Shown in pieces: positions 18,036 through 27,410 of a stretch of 64,000 nt of DNA. Source of the stretch: Armatimonadota bacterium (GTDB lineage Bacteria > Armatimonadota > UBA5829 > DSUL01); contig JBDHZC010000005.1 of NCBI GenBank assembly GCA_039811685.1, forward strand, positions 96,001-160,000. The letters run 5' to 3'. Position 1 is the stretch's first letter. Each line of letters starts with the position of its first letter. The notes under the pieces are model-generated. The model searched no databases. It was not told the origin of the DNA and saw only the letters and a program-made list of their open reading frames with translations. A program made the translations under genes and the position numbers.

Positions 18036-19988
18036 ATGCGAAGAGTCACCGCAGCTATAGTGGCGGGACTGACTATCTACGGGGCAACGACGGCCTGTAG
18101 CCAGGTGGTGATTAGCGGGCGCGTAAGGACAGCTTCCAGCCCGCAGTCCGCTGACCTGACACCGGTTGGCGGAATGTTTGTGTATGCCAGCCTGGACGGC
18201 TCCGGCAGCCAGTCCCTCGGGTCTCGCACCTGGGAAACAGAGCCGGGAGGATGGTACAGAGTGTCGGGTAGCGCCGGGCGCTACAGCATGGTTTTTTCCA
18301 ACCCCGGCGACGGGATTCGGCCTGCGATTCTCACGAACATCTTCACCAGAAAAGGAGACGATATTGACGTCAGCCCCCATCTCAATCTGGACTACGCTGT
18401 CCTGGAGTTCAAGGGCTGGGACACCAAAGCCGCCCACACCTACTACCAGCCGTTCACCGCGCGTGGACGCAGCATAACACAGGTATCCTTTCGCCTGGCC
18501 ACCGATGGCGTGGACGGGCAGGGTCCGGGCGGCCAGAACATGCTGCTGTCGATAGTGGAGGTCGGGCCTGGCAAACCGGATACATGGAAACAGACCGGCG
18601 CGACAATGCTCGTGCGCGACGTTGACACAGGCGGGGTAAAAAACTATGCCTACGGCGCCGGCTGGAACTCGGGCGAAGCTCCGACTGTTCCGGGGCGGCG
18701 GTACGCGGTGCGCCTGACAACAGAGAAATCTGATGGCAGCTTTCAGCCCTTCTGGAACAAGGCTGCCTCCGGTAACGGCTGCTACAGGGAGGGCGGTGCG
18801 CCGGGGAGCACAGACGGGTGGACCGGCAATGACATGTGCATGGTGATCGGCAGCGACTGTGACGGCCTTCTCATCCCCTACAACAAGCGCACCCTCAAGC
18901 CCTATCAGGACCTGGATGCGACACAGTCCGCGAGGAAATGGTCTCAGACCTATGTAGCGCAGGGTCGCAGCCTCGCCTCTGTTATCCTCTACTCCGCATG
19001 GAGCGGCGTTCAGCCGGGGCTATTCCGCCAGCGCGCGGCAGTGCGGGTTCGGGAAGGCGGACCAAACGGCCCTGTCGCCGGAGTGGAGAAAATCGCCACT
19101 GGCAATGGCATGCATACCGGAGACGCTTCCTGGGGAACATGCGGGGCCGTGTATTCACCCGGGGAAGTCCCGCTCAAGCCCGGAAAGACTTACGCAATAG
19201 AGTTTGAAAGCATTGAAAATATCGAGTCCCTGCACGACTATGTGGACATTAAAGATCATCCAACCGACGTGACACCCGCGTTCCACCCGTATGCCAAAGC
19301 CGCGCCCGACAGCTACCCGAAAGGGCGCGCCTACCAGGATGGCAAGCCAACTGACCTCGACCTGGATATGCAGATCATCGAATATGACAGAGATCTACCG
19401 CAGTGGAATCTGGCGGAGACGGGCCCGAATCTGATTGCGAATAGCTCTATGGACAGGGGAGCTCTCAGTGACGACGTTAAGGCTTTTGACGGATGGAGTC
19501 CTTTCCGCGTGAAGCCGGAGACGCAGCTTCAGGCTGTGGCGGACAAGTGGGACAATGGCAACCGCCTGTTGCGCGTACGCGGCGGCGGCACACAGCGAAG
19601 AGTCAACGGAGGCATAGAGGGCAAAGCAGCGGACGGCGGCTTTGTCACCGAAGTAGCGAAGGTAGCTGGCTCGCAGACCTACCGCCTGAAGGGGCGTGTC
19701 CGCTCTTCGTGGCCGGTGGATGACAAGCACTGGCTGGCTGTCGGCATTGACCGCACAGGGCAAACGGCAAATCCGGAGTCTTCGACAATTGAGTGGACCT
19801 ATCTGCCACCCACGCACAGCCTCTGGACACCGTACCTTTCCGAGCCGGTGCGCCCGGCTGAGGGCAGTCTGAGCGTCTGGCTTCGAGGTTACTGTTCAGA
19901 AAAGAGCGGCTTTCCGTTCACTGCGGACTTCGACGATTTTGAGTTGAGACAGGTGCAGACCAGTGTCTCCGAGGCAAACTCCAGATAA
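18036..19988 (+). CDS. Secreted multidomain beta-rich protein with C-terminal CBM-like domain
   Basis: AGGAGG RBS; signal peptide; two related internal units (QPFTARGRSI / QTYVAQGRSL); NLIANSSMD...VGIDRTG...FDDFELR. Confidence 0.75.
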   Translation: MRRVTAAIVAGLTIYGATTACSQVVISGRVRTASSPQSADLTPVGGMFVYASLDGSGSQSLGSRTWETEPGGWYRVSGSAGRYSMVFSNPGDGIRPAILTNIFTRKGDDIDVSPHLNLDYAVLEFKGWDTKAAHTYYQPFTARGRSITQVSFRLATDGVDGQGPGGQNMLLSIVEVGPGKPDTWKQTGATMLVRDVDTGGVKNYAYGAGWNSGEAPTVPGRRYAVRLTTEKSDGSFQPFWNKAASGNGCYREGGAPGSTDGWTGNDMCMVIGSDCDGLLIPYNKRTLKPYQDLDATQSARKWSQTYVAQGRSLASVILYSAWSGVQPGLFRQRAAVRVREGGPNGPVAGVEKIATGNGMHTGDASWGTCGAVYSPGEVPLKPGKTYAIEFESIENIESLHDYVDIKDHPTDVTPAFHPYAKAAPDSYPKGRAYQDGKPTDLDLDMQIIEYDRDLPQWNLAETGPNLIANSSMDRGALSDDVKAFDGWSPFRVKPETQLQAVADKWDNGNRLLRVRGGGTQRRVNGGIEGKAADGGFVTEVAKVAGSQTYRLKGRVRSSWPVDDKHWLAVGIDRTGQTANPESSTIEWTYLPPTHSLWTPYLSEPVRPAEGSLSVWLRGYCSEKSGFPFTADFDDFELRQVQTSVSEANSR

Positions 19989-20076
19989 CGGCTTGATCAC
20001 CGCGACTTCTGAGCGGCCGTGAGATGATGCGCGAGTGGAATATTCTCACGCGCTGGCATGGGCGCGACAGCCGGGA

Positions 20077-20871
20077 CTACGGACAGGGAAACTCATCTGA
20101 CGTGCCCGGCTGTCCGCGGAAGATGTAGCGGCCATCCGGGTACTTTCCATCGTTCCACGTCACTCCGCCGGGCACAGTGCCCGCGTGGCCGTCCAGAAAG
20201 CTGACACACGCCCTGCCGTTGTGCCGGGTTGTTGAGGCGTCCGTGCCCTGAAAGCGTTCGTTGTTGATTTGAGTGCACGCAGGGTCGCTGCCTTCCTCGA
20301 TCTTGCCAACCGCCTGATCTACCACGTGAACCACGGACGAAGGGTTGGCGAACATCGAGAGCTTCATGCCGGTAGTGCGCGCTTTCTCGTAGTCCGGCAC
20401 GCGGCATCCGGCCCAGGTCGTATAGCCGTTCACGGCATAGGTCCACTTCAGATCTGTGCCAAACTGGTTTTTGTACCAGTTCTGGTACTTCGGCGGGCAG
20501 GATGGACACATCACCATTACTTTGGTAGTGAGATAGCGCGTAATCACACCATCAAACTGACCGGTAGTGACATTTTCGTGGGTGACTGTGGTAAGGTGGA
20601 ACGCCTGGAGGCCCGGAAGAGTCTCTTTGTAGTCACCCGCGTACATAAGAAACGCCTGTGTTATCTGGCGCACTGTCTGCAGACACTTCGTCTGCCGCGC
20701 GGTCTCTCTGGCGCGGGCAAACACAGGGAAAAGGATCGCTGCGAGAATGGCGATGATGGCGATCACAACCAAAAGCTCGATTAGCGTGAATCCGCGCACT
20801 TCAGCAACAGGGCTGCGCCCGGTGAACAAGCGCCTGGCGTAGATCACGCGACCAGAATCTTCATTGACCAT
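20077..20871 (-). CDS. Prepilin-type N-terminal cleavage/methylation protein, DUF1559-like with H-X9-DG motif
   Basis: GFTLIELLVVIAIIAILAAILFPVFARARE; RHNGRACVSFLDGH; ATG chosen after GAGGGG. Confidence 0.92.
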   Translation of the reverse strand: MVNEDSGRVIYARRLFTGRSPVAEVRGFTLIELLVVIAIIAILAAILFPVFARARETARQTKCLQTVRQITQAFLMYAGDYKETLPGLQAFHLTTVTHENVTTGQFDGVITRYLTTKVMVMCPSCPPKYQNWYKNQFGTDLKWTYAVNGYTTWAGCRVPDYEKARTTGMKLSMFANPSSVVHVVDQAVGKIEEGSDPACTQINNERFQGTDASTTRHNGRACVSFLDGHAGTVPGGVTWNDGKYPDGRYIFRGQPGTSDEFPCP

Positions 20872-21015
20872 TATCCCCTCACTCTCCACTACATTGTTGA
20901 GTGATTATCAAAGTGGGAACTCCCGCTTGACCCATCAATGATACTCTGTTTATCTCCCAGACCTCAAGAACAACGCTGCCGCACGGTTTCCAGGACCCGT
21001 TGAAATCTTTGACAC

Positions 21016-21546
21016 TCAGATGATCTTGGCGATGTTGGAAAGCGAGCGCCCATCCAGCCGGGAGACATCGCGAATTTCGAAGCGGTTTCCGTGCATATCA
21101 ATGAGGATTATGCGGTTATTTGGAAGGCGCACCACGTTGTCGCGCAGGTTTCTCAGGAAGAACTCACGCGGCCCCTTATCGGTTTCCACCATCAGGCGAA
21201 ACAGGCCAAACTCCTCCTTCATAGAGCGCACGCGGCGAATACGCGCCGTAAAGTAGCGCTGCTCCAGTTCATCTTCCAGCAGTTTGCGCATCTCAATCGG
21301 AAGCTGGCGGATGTCTTTGAGCATTCCGATCTCCTGCTCCTGATGATCAAAGAAGGTGACGTAGAGGTACTTGTTGCTGAGTGGGAACGCCCGGCGCGCC
21401 TCAACCTGAAAATACGAGACATCCGGCAAACTCAAGGCCAGGTCATCCCCTACCTTGCGCAGGGTGACCTGTTGCGGGTCCAGGAAGTGAAGGTCCAGGT
21501 CAATAGGAGGCTGCGGGACCAGACTGTTCGTTACGCTCATACTCAT
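21016..21546 (-). CDS. DUF1854 family protein
   Basis: RRAFPLS, EIGML, ELEQRYF, VETDKG, DMHGNRF; directly follows the ABC gene. Confidence 0.8.
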   Translation of the reverse strand: MSMSVTNSLVPQPPIDLDLHFLDPQQVTLRKVGDDLALSLPDVSYFQVEARRAFPLSNKYLYVTFFDHQEQEIGMLKDIRQLPIEMRKLLEDELEQRYFTARIRRVRSMKEEFGLFRLMVETDKGPREFFLRNLRDNVVRLPNNRIILIDMHGNRFEIRDVSRLDGRSLSNIAKII

Positions 21547-21548
21547 CT

Positions 21549-23942
21549 CTAGGCGGTCATCCTGTCGCTTTCTTCCGCGGGCTCTCCCACCCGGCTGGCA
21601 GCCATCTCCGTCTGGATCTGCACCAGTTTCCAGTAAGACCCGCGTTTTTCCATCAATTCGTCGTGCGTTCCAAGCTCTGCGATGCCGCCATCTTCGATGA
21701 CCATAATGCGATCAGCATTGCGCAGCGTTGAGAGGCGGTGCGCAATGGCAAAGGTCGTGCGGTTTTCCACAAGGCGTTCAATCGCCTCCTGAATCTGGCG
21801 CTCGGTCTCGGTATCCACGGCGCTGGTGGCTTCGTCGAAAATCAGGATGCGCGGGTTGTGCAAAATAGCGCGCGCTATGGAGATGCGCTGACGCTCTCCT
21901 CCGGACAGCCGCCCGCCGCGCTCACCCACCTGCGCGTCGTATCCATCCGGAAAGCGCATGATGAAGTCGTGCGCGTTAGCAGCCTTTGCCGCCCGCATAA
22001 TCTCTTCTGCGTGAGCAGTTGGCTTCCCGTAAGCGATGTTTTCGGAAATAGTGCCGCTGAACAGAAACGCTTCCTGTAGCACTACGCCGATCTGACTGCG
22101 CAAATCTCTCAGACGCACCTGGCGCAAGGGTTGACCGTCAATTAGTATTTCGCCGGCCTGCGGGTCGTAGAAACGGCAGACAAGATTGATAAATGTGCTC
22201 TTGCCCGCGCCAGTCTTGCCCACAAGGCCAATCATTTCGCCGGGCTGCACTTCCAGGCTGACATTCTTGAGGATAGGCTTGTTCTTATCGTAGCCAAAGG
22301 TGATGTCTTTGATCTCAATGTGTCCCTTGAGATCAGGCAGCGGAATGGAGTTCTCGACATCCGCTACCTCAGGCTCTGTATCGAGCACTTCAAACACGCG
22401 CTCCGCAGCGGTGAGAGAGCGTGGCAGAGAATCGGCGAGGTTCGTCAACCACTGCAAAGGTCCGTAGAACATCGCCAGATAGCCAGTGAACATCAGCAGT
22501 GTTCCCATGGTCATCGAGTTGTTGATGACCATGATGCCGCCCACCAGCCACACCGGATACAGGCCGAACTCGATAAGAAGGGACAGAGTCGGCACAAGAA
22601 CATTCACAAGGCGCGTGGCGGAGTACTCGCTTTCAAACAGCCCGGTACTGGAGTCGGAGAAGCGCTTCATTTCGCGCCCCTCCTGCGCAAACGCGCGCAC
22701 CACCCGAATTCCGGCCAGCGAGTCGCTGAGCATGGCGGTCAGACGGCTCCAGGAAGACCAGTAGCGCGTATAGACAAAGCGCAGCCGCTTGGTAAACAGA
22801 AACGTAATCCCGGAGACAATTGGCGCTGGAGAAAGCGCGATAAGCGCCAGCTTCCAGTTCGTGACAAACAGCATGATGCAGATGCCGATAATCTGCAGAA
22901 TAAACACCAGAAAGTACTGCGCGCTGGAAACCAGAAACACCTGAAGCGCTCCGGTGTCCTGCGTCACGCGGCTCATCACCGCGCCCGTCTGGCGCTTGTC
23001 GAAGTACGCAAGCGACAAACGCTGAAGGGCGCTGTACACTTCACGACGCACATCCAGCGTTACGCGCCCGCCGAGCCACGCGGCCACCTGTTGTCTCCAG
23101 ACGCCTGTGCCATACGTCAGCAAGCGCACTCCCAGCATTCCCGCGACTATCAAAAGCAGCGAATGCACGCGCGAAGCCGCCGGAATGGGGACCTTTGCCT
23201 TGGGCATCAGGGAGATATCCCAGAGCGCCCGGCTGAGCATGGGAGGAACCAGAGACACCGCCGTGCTCGCCAGCAACAGCAGCGTGACAAGAGCGGACTT
23301 GCCCTTGTACGGCTTGAGATAGGCCAGCAGGCGCCGCATGACCTTGCCCTTGTCCAGACAGTGAGGACAGACTTTGGTGTACTTGGGAAGGCTTCGCCCG
23401 CAAGACGGACACAGAGCCTCCTGATCCTCGTCTTCTTCTTCAGGCGTCTCCTCGTTGTTGGCGATGGCCTGGAGGACACGGGCGGCGCGGTTGAACTTGC
23501 CAGACAACGTGTTGGAGTAGTGCAGCAGCGTGATGCGCTGTCCGTCGTGCAGAACTGTGAGTACGCCCCCACCCACCAGCGGCTCAGCGTTGACTTCGGT
23601 AATCTCCGAGTAGGGCACGTCCACGAGCACAGACGCCTGAGCCGGAGTGGGGTCCAGAACCAGAGCGCGGTCGTCTATAGCGACAAGCCAGCGCTCTCCG
23701 AAGTTGCCGTCCCGGGTGATGTCCGTAGAGGTTGCAAACTGGACGGTGTCCGTGGATTTGCCGAGAGATGCCAGAGCCTTCTCTACGGACGGAGGTAAGT
23801 TTTCGACGACAGACATAACGCGGGCACCCCCGGCCCCGATGGCTTGAGCGCAGCTCAGTGGAGAAGCGCGCGGGATCCACCGGCGGCCCGGCTCACGGAC
23901 GGCGTTAGCGCTTGCGCCGTACCATTGCCTGGGGCACACCAA
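21549..23942 (-). CDS. ABC exporter (fused TMD+NBD) with N-terminal extension and zinc ribbon
   Basis: GKTGAGKST, LSGGERQR, ILIFDEATS; CPSC...CPHC; start may be ATG at 23816. Confidence 0.92.
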   Translation of the reverse strand: MVCPRQWYGASANAVREPGRRWIPRASPLSCAQAIGAGGARVMSVVENLPPSVEKALASLGKSTDTVQFATSTDITRDGNFGERWLVAIDDRALVLDPTPAQASVLVDVPYSEITEVNAEPLVGGGVLTVLHDGQRITLLHYSNTLSGKFNRAARVLQAIANNEETPEEEDEDQEALCPSCGRSLPKYTKVCPHCLDKGKVMRRLLAYLKPYKGKSALVTLLLLASTAVSLVPPMLSRALWDISLMPKAKVPIPAASRVHSLLLIVAGMLGVRLLTYGTGVWRQQVAAWLGGRVTLDVRREVYSALQRLSLAYFDKRQTGAVMSRVTQDTGALQVFLVSSAQYFLVFILQIIGICIMLFVTNWKLALIALSPAPIVSGITFLFTKRLRFVYTRYWSSWSRLTAMLSDSLAGIRVVRAFAQEGREMKRFSDSSTGLFESEYSATRLVNVLVPTLSLLIEFGLYPVWLVGGIMVINNSMTMGTLLMFTGYLAMFYGPLQWLTNLADSLPRSLTAAERVFEVLDTEPEVADVENSIPLPDLKGHIEIKDITFGYDKNKPILKNVSLEVQPGEMIGLVGKTGAGKSTFINLVCRFYDPQAGEILIDGQPLRQVRLRDLRSQIGVVLQEAFLFSGTISENIAYGKPTAHAEEIMRAAKAANAHDFIMRFPDGYDAQVGERGGRLSGGERQRISIARAILHNPRILIFDEATSAVDTETERQIQEAIERLVENRTTFAIAHRLSTLRNADRIMVIEDGGIAELGTHDELMEKRGSYWKLVQIQTEMAASRVGEPAEESDRMTA

Positions 23943-24054
23943 CCCCTTTCTCTCCAGATTCTATCACTCGCCCGTTTGAGTGTAAACACGAAGAACTCTT
24001 TGAAGGAGACTGTTTTGAACTTCTCGCGATCCGGATTGACGGCGGCGTGAATTG

Positions 24055-24648
24055 TTACGCCTGATTCAACAGATTGAGAGCATCCTTGAGGATGACAGCG
24101 GGGTTGCGCTGGTCCGTGTGATTCTTGGCGGCGTCCTGAGCGGCTTTGCGAGCATCCGCCCGATTGTACCCCAGAGCGATCAAGCCTTCGATGACGTCTC
24201 CCATCACGTCAAAGCGCTGATGATCCGCGTCCACAGAGGCCGCCAGTGCAATTTCCTGCAACTTCTCGCCGATTTCAAGCGATATTCGCTGCGCGGTTTT
24301 CTTGCCGACGCCTGGAATAGTCTGCAGACGGACGCCGTTGTCCTGCGCGGCATGCGCCAGCTCTCGCACGTCCATTGAAGAGAGCATCCCCAGCGCAATC
24401 TTAGGACCCACACCTGACACTGAGATCAACACTTCGAAAGCCTGCTGATCCAGCTCGCTGACAAATCCATAGAGATCGATTGCGTCCTCTTTGACAATGG
24501 TGTGGACGTGGAACGCCGCAGGCTCATTCTCAATCAGCCTCGTCAGCGCAGATGCGGGGGTATTTACCCGGTAGCCTACTCCGGCGACATCAACCACTAC
24601 ATAGCCTGCGCCGATCTTCAGAACAGTTCCCCTGATGTGTGCGATCAT
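24055..24648 (-). CDS. ruvA: Holliday junction branch migration protein RuvA
   Basis: MIAHIRG, GVGYRV, LYGF, VSGVGPK, IPGVGKKTAQRI. Confidence 0.96.
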   Translation of the reverse strand: MIAHIRGTVLKIGAGYVVVDVAGVGYRVNTPASALTRLIENEPAAFHVHTIVKEDAIDLYGFVSELDQQAFEVLISVSGVGPKIALGMLSSMDVRELAHAAQDNGVRLQTIPGVGKKTAQRISLEIGEKLQEIALAASVDADHQRFDVMGDVIEGLIALGYNRADARKAAQDAAKNHTDQRNPAVILKDALNLLNQA

Positions 24649-24788
24649 AGGACGATTATGACCTTTCGTTTACCAGTTGGCAGTCATCTGACGTCCCAGG
24701 CTCACGGCAGGGCATGCGGCTGGTGACAACGAAGGACACATCAGCGCCAGTTTTGTTGACGCCCAACACCGAATCACAGGACAATACT

Positions 24789-25892
24789 ATGACATTTCGG
24801 GAACGGACCCTGCGCACATTCCAGCACAAACCCGTTGACTGTATTGTTTACCAGCCCCGTATTGAGCACTGGTACAACTACAACAAAGCGCGGAACACAT
24901 TGCCGGAGCGCTACCGCGACATGGACCTGCTCGAAGTTTACGACGACCTCAATTGCTCCATCCGCCCCTATCACTACTACAGCCAGTGCCGTGCCAGGGA
25001 AAATCCACCTGACCTCGACATCGAAGTCCAAAGGGACGCAGACATCGAAACCGTCCTGCAGCACACGCCTGTCGGAACTCTGAAGTCTGTTATCAAGCAC
25101 ACAGATCTCGCGCAGCATCAGATTGAGAACCCCATCAAAACTCATAAGGACGTGGACGTGATGGAGTACATCCTGCGCAACAGCAAAATCTGGTTTGATA
25201 TGGAGAAGTTCAAAGAAATCGACGAGATGGTCGGCGATCGGGCTGCACCGATGGTCTTTTATGAACGGGTGAACATGCAGCGGATTTTGCTGGATTACGT
25301 GGGATGGCAGGAAACGGTCTATCTACTGGCTGACGACAGAGAGCTGATCGAACGGCTGGTCAAAATCATCGACGAGACGGACGAAGGGACGATGGAGGCG
25401 CTCCTCAACTCGCCAATCCCCATCATCAACTTTGGAGACAACCTCGACGAGTACTTGCTCTCACCCAGACTCTTCGAGGAGTTCGTCCTGCCTGTCTATC
25501 AGGATCGCGGGGAGCGCTTCCGAAAAGCCGGCCAGTTCACACAGTCGCACTTTGACGGAAACGTGAAGCATCTGCTGAAGTACTGCCAGCGCTGCGGGAT
25601 AGACGGCTTTGAAGCGCTGACTCCAAAGCCGCAGGGCGATCTGACGATTGACGAGATGAAGGAAGCGCTGGGAGACAATCTGATTTTGCTGGATGGCATT
25701 CCGATGACCGCCTTTCTGCCTTCGACGCCGGAAGAGGAGTTTGAGCGCGTAACACGCGAGATCATAGAGACTTTCTCGCCGAACCTCGTCCTAGGCATCT
25801 CCGACGAGCCCTCGCCTGTCTGTGATATCGAGCGCGTGCGAAGGGTGGGAGAGATTCTGCGGGAGTACGAGACGTCGGTGACGGCGCAGTGA
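24789..25892 (+). CDS. Uroporphyrinogen decarboxylase (URO-D)/MtaA-like family protein
   Basis: MTFRER start, NFGDN, SPRLFEEFVLP, SHFDG, LTPKPQGD, LGISD. Confidence 0.7.
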   Translation: MTFRERTLRTFQHKPVDCIVYQPRIEHWYNYNKARNTLPERYRDMDLLEVYDDLNCSIRPYHYYSQCRARENPPDLDIEVQRDADIETVLQHTPVGTLKSVIKHTDLAQHQIENPIKTHKDVDVMEYILRNSKIWFDMEKFKEIDEMVGDRAAPMVFYERVNMQRILLDYVGWQETVYLLADDRELIERLVKIIDETDEGTMEALLNSPIPIINFGDNLDEYLLSPRLFEEFVLPVYQDRGERFRKAGQFTQSHFDGNVKHLLKYCQRCGIDGFEALTPKPQGDLTIDEMKEALGDNLILLDGIPMTAFLPSTPEEEFERVTREIIETFSPNLVLGISDEPSPVCDIERVRRVGEILREYETSVTAQ

Positions 25893-25932
25893 AACTAAGT
25901 ATTGCCGCTCGTCTGTAAGGGTAACACACTTC

Positions 25933-25973
25933 AAAAACAGCGGCCTGCCCTGAACAAGGACAGGCCGCTGTTT
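25933..25973. terminator. Bidirectional intrinsic terminator between convergent genes
   Basis: AAAAACAGCGGCCTG...CAGGCCGCTGTTT. Confidence 0.8.
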
Positions 25974-26001
25974 GCATCTCTACGATTGTCCGTGCGTCAG
26001 T

Positions 26002-27282
26002 TCAACTTGTGACCTTGAGCGTCTCAGGATTGAAGTTCATGGTCTTATTCTGCTTCCAGCTCGCTTCCGCCAGCGTCACAATCGTCTGAACGCGCGCGGC
26101 CAGCTCGATGTCACAGTTGGGAGTGTCGCCAGTGCGAATGCAGTGGAACCAGTTGCGCTCATGCTCCGCTATATCTTCGCCGGGGCCAATCACCGGAACG
26201 TCTTCCTGCTCGACCTCATCGGAAGCCCAGCGCTCCGGACGAATCTCGACTTTGTCACCACCGAAGTAAATGGTGGCCTTGTGCCCTCGAATCATGTCCT
26301 GAAGTCCCTGCTCGTTAGCGGTCGATCCGGCGATGACCATCTGGGAGCCGTTGGGGAACTTCACCATCATCTGCGTCGTGTCAGCTACGTCGCGGTCTGG
26401 GTGCGCGATAATGGAGCCAATGCAACTGACCTGAACCGGATAAGCCAGTCCCGTAGCTATCATCAGCGGGTGCAGGCGGTGCGGGAAAAGGTCGGAGAGA
26501 ATTCCAGCTGAGAAGAGCTGATACTTGCGCCAGCGGAAGTAGTACTCCGGGTTCCAATCCACCTTGCCCACAGGCTTGGTCCACGTAATCCAGTCCAGTG
26601 TCTTACCCGGAACCGCGTCCGGATCGATGCCGTACTCCCATTCGCCTTCTTTGGAGTTGCGGCAATAGCTGCCCTGGCTCCAGACAATCTTACCGATTTT
26701 TCCAGCCTTGACCTGTTCTCCAGCCGTGCGCCACTTGGCGTCACTGCAACCCTGCGATCCAACCTGAAACGCAACTTTATTGCGCTTGACAGCCGCTTGA
26801 AGCTGATGAATCTCATCCAGATGGCGGCACATTGGTTTTTCGCAGTAGACGTGCTTGCCCGCATCCATAGCGTCTATCGCGATCTTTGCGTGCCAGTGCT
26901 CCGGCGTGGCAATGACAACAGCATCTACATCCTTGTCTTCAAGCAGCTTGCGGTAGTCGGCGTATGCCTTGTCTGAACCAACGCCTATGGCGCTGGCGGA
27001 GCTGTTCCGCCGTTTGTCCCACACATCGCACACAGCAACCGATTTCACATTCTGATCTGCCGGCTGCCCCTTGACAAAGTTGATGTGCGCGCCGCCCTGG
27101 CCGCCCACACCGATGTGACCGATGTTGATCCGGTCGTTGGCGCCGATTACTCTGGCTGAGCTGGCCGCAAACGCGCGGTTGGACGTCAGCCCGCCTACCA
27201 TCACCCCGGCCGCTCCAATGCCCGCAACTTTGAGAAAGTCCCGGCGCGACAGATTGTTCAGGTCTTTTGCTTTCTTTTCCAA
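26002..27282 (-). CDS. Tat-exported Gfo/Idh/MocA oxidoreductase
   Basis: SRRDFLK; IGVGGQG; ATPEHWH; YCEKP. Confidence 0.9.
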   Translation of the reverse strand: MEKKAKDLNNLSRRDFLKVAGIGAAGVMVGGLTSNRAFAASSARVIGANDRINIGHIGVGGQGGAHINFVKGQPADQNVKSVAVCDVWDKRRNSSASAIGVGSDKAYADYRKLLEDKDVDAVVIATPEHWHAKIAIDAMDAGKHVYCEKPMCRHLDEIHQLQAAVKRNKVAFQVGSQGCSDAKWRTAGEQVKAGKIGKIVWSQGSYCRNSKEGEWEYGIDPDAVPGKTLDWITWTKPVGKVDWNPEYYFRWRKYQLFSAGILSDLFPHRLHPLMIATGLAYPVQVSCIGSIIAHPDRDVADTTQMMVKFPNGSQMVIAGSTANEQGLQDMIRGHKATIYFGGDKVEIRPERWASDEVEQEDVPVIGPGEDIAEHERNWFHCIRTGDTPNCDIELAARVQTIVTLAEASWKQNKTMNFNPETLKVTS

Positions 27283-27410
27283 TAGAGTTCCCTTCGCGAA
27301 TTGTGAGACAGACCGCCCTGCAAATGGCGAAGCTGTCCTGCTTCTTTTAACATTGATTACGGCGAGGCTTCAGCAGTCTCCAGCTTCACCGGTAACACCG
27401 TCTGGCGCCC

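Noticed and set aside
22320..23798. 492-aa plus-strand ORF and similar long antisense ORFs (36600..37835, 39887..41245, 11698..12609, 47515..48393)
   Set aside because: Mirror frames of well-supported genes in GC-rich DNA, with no motifs or RBS.
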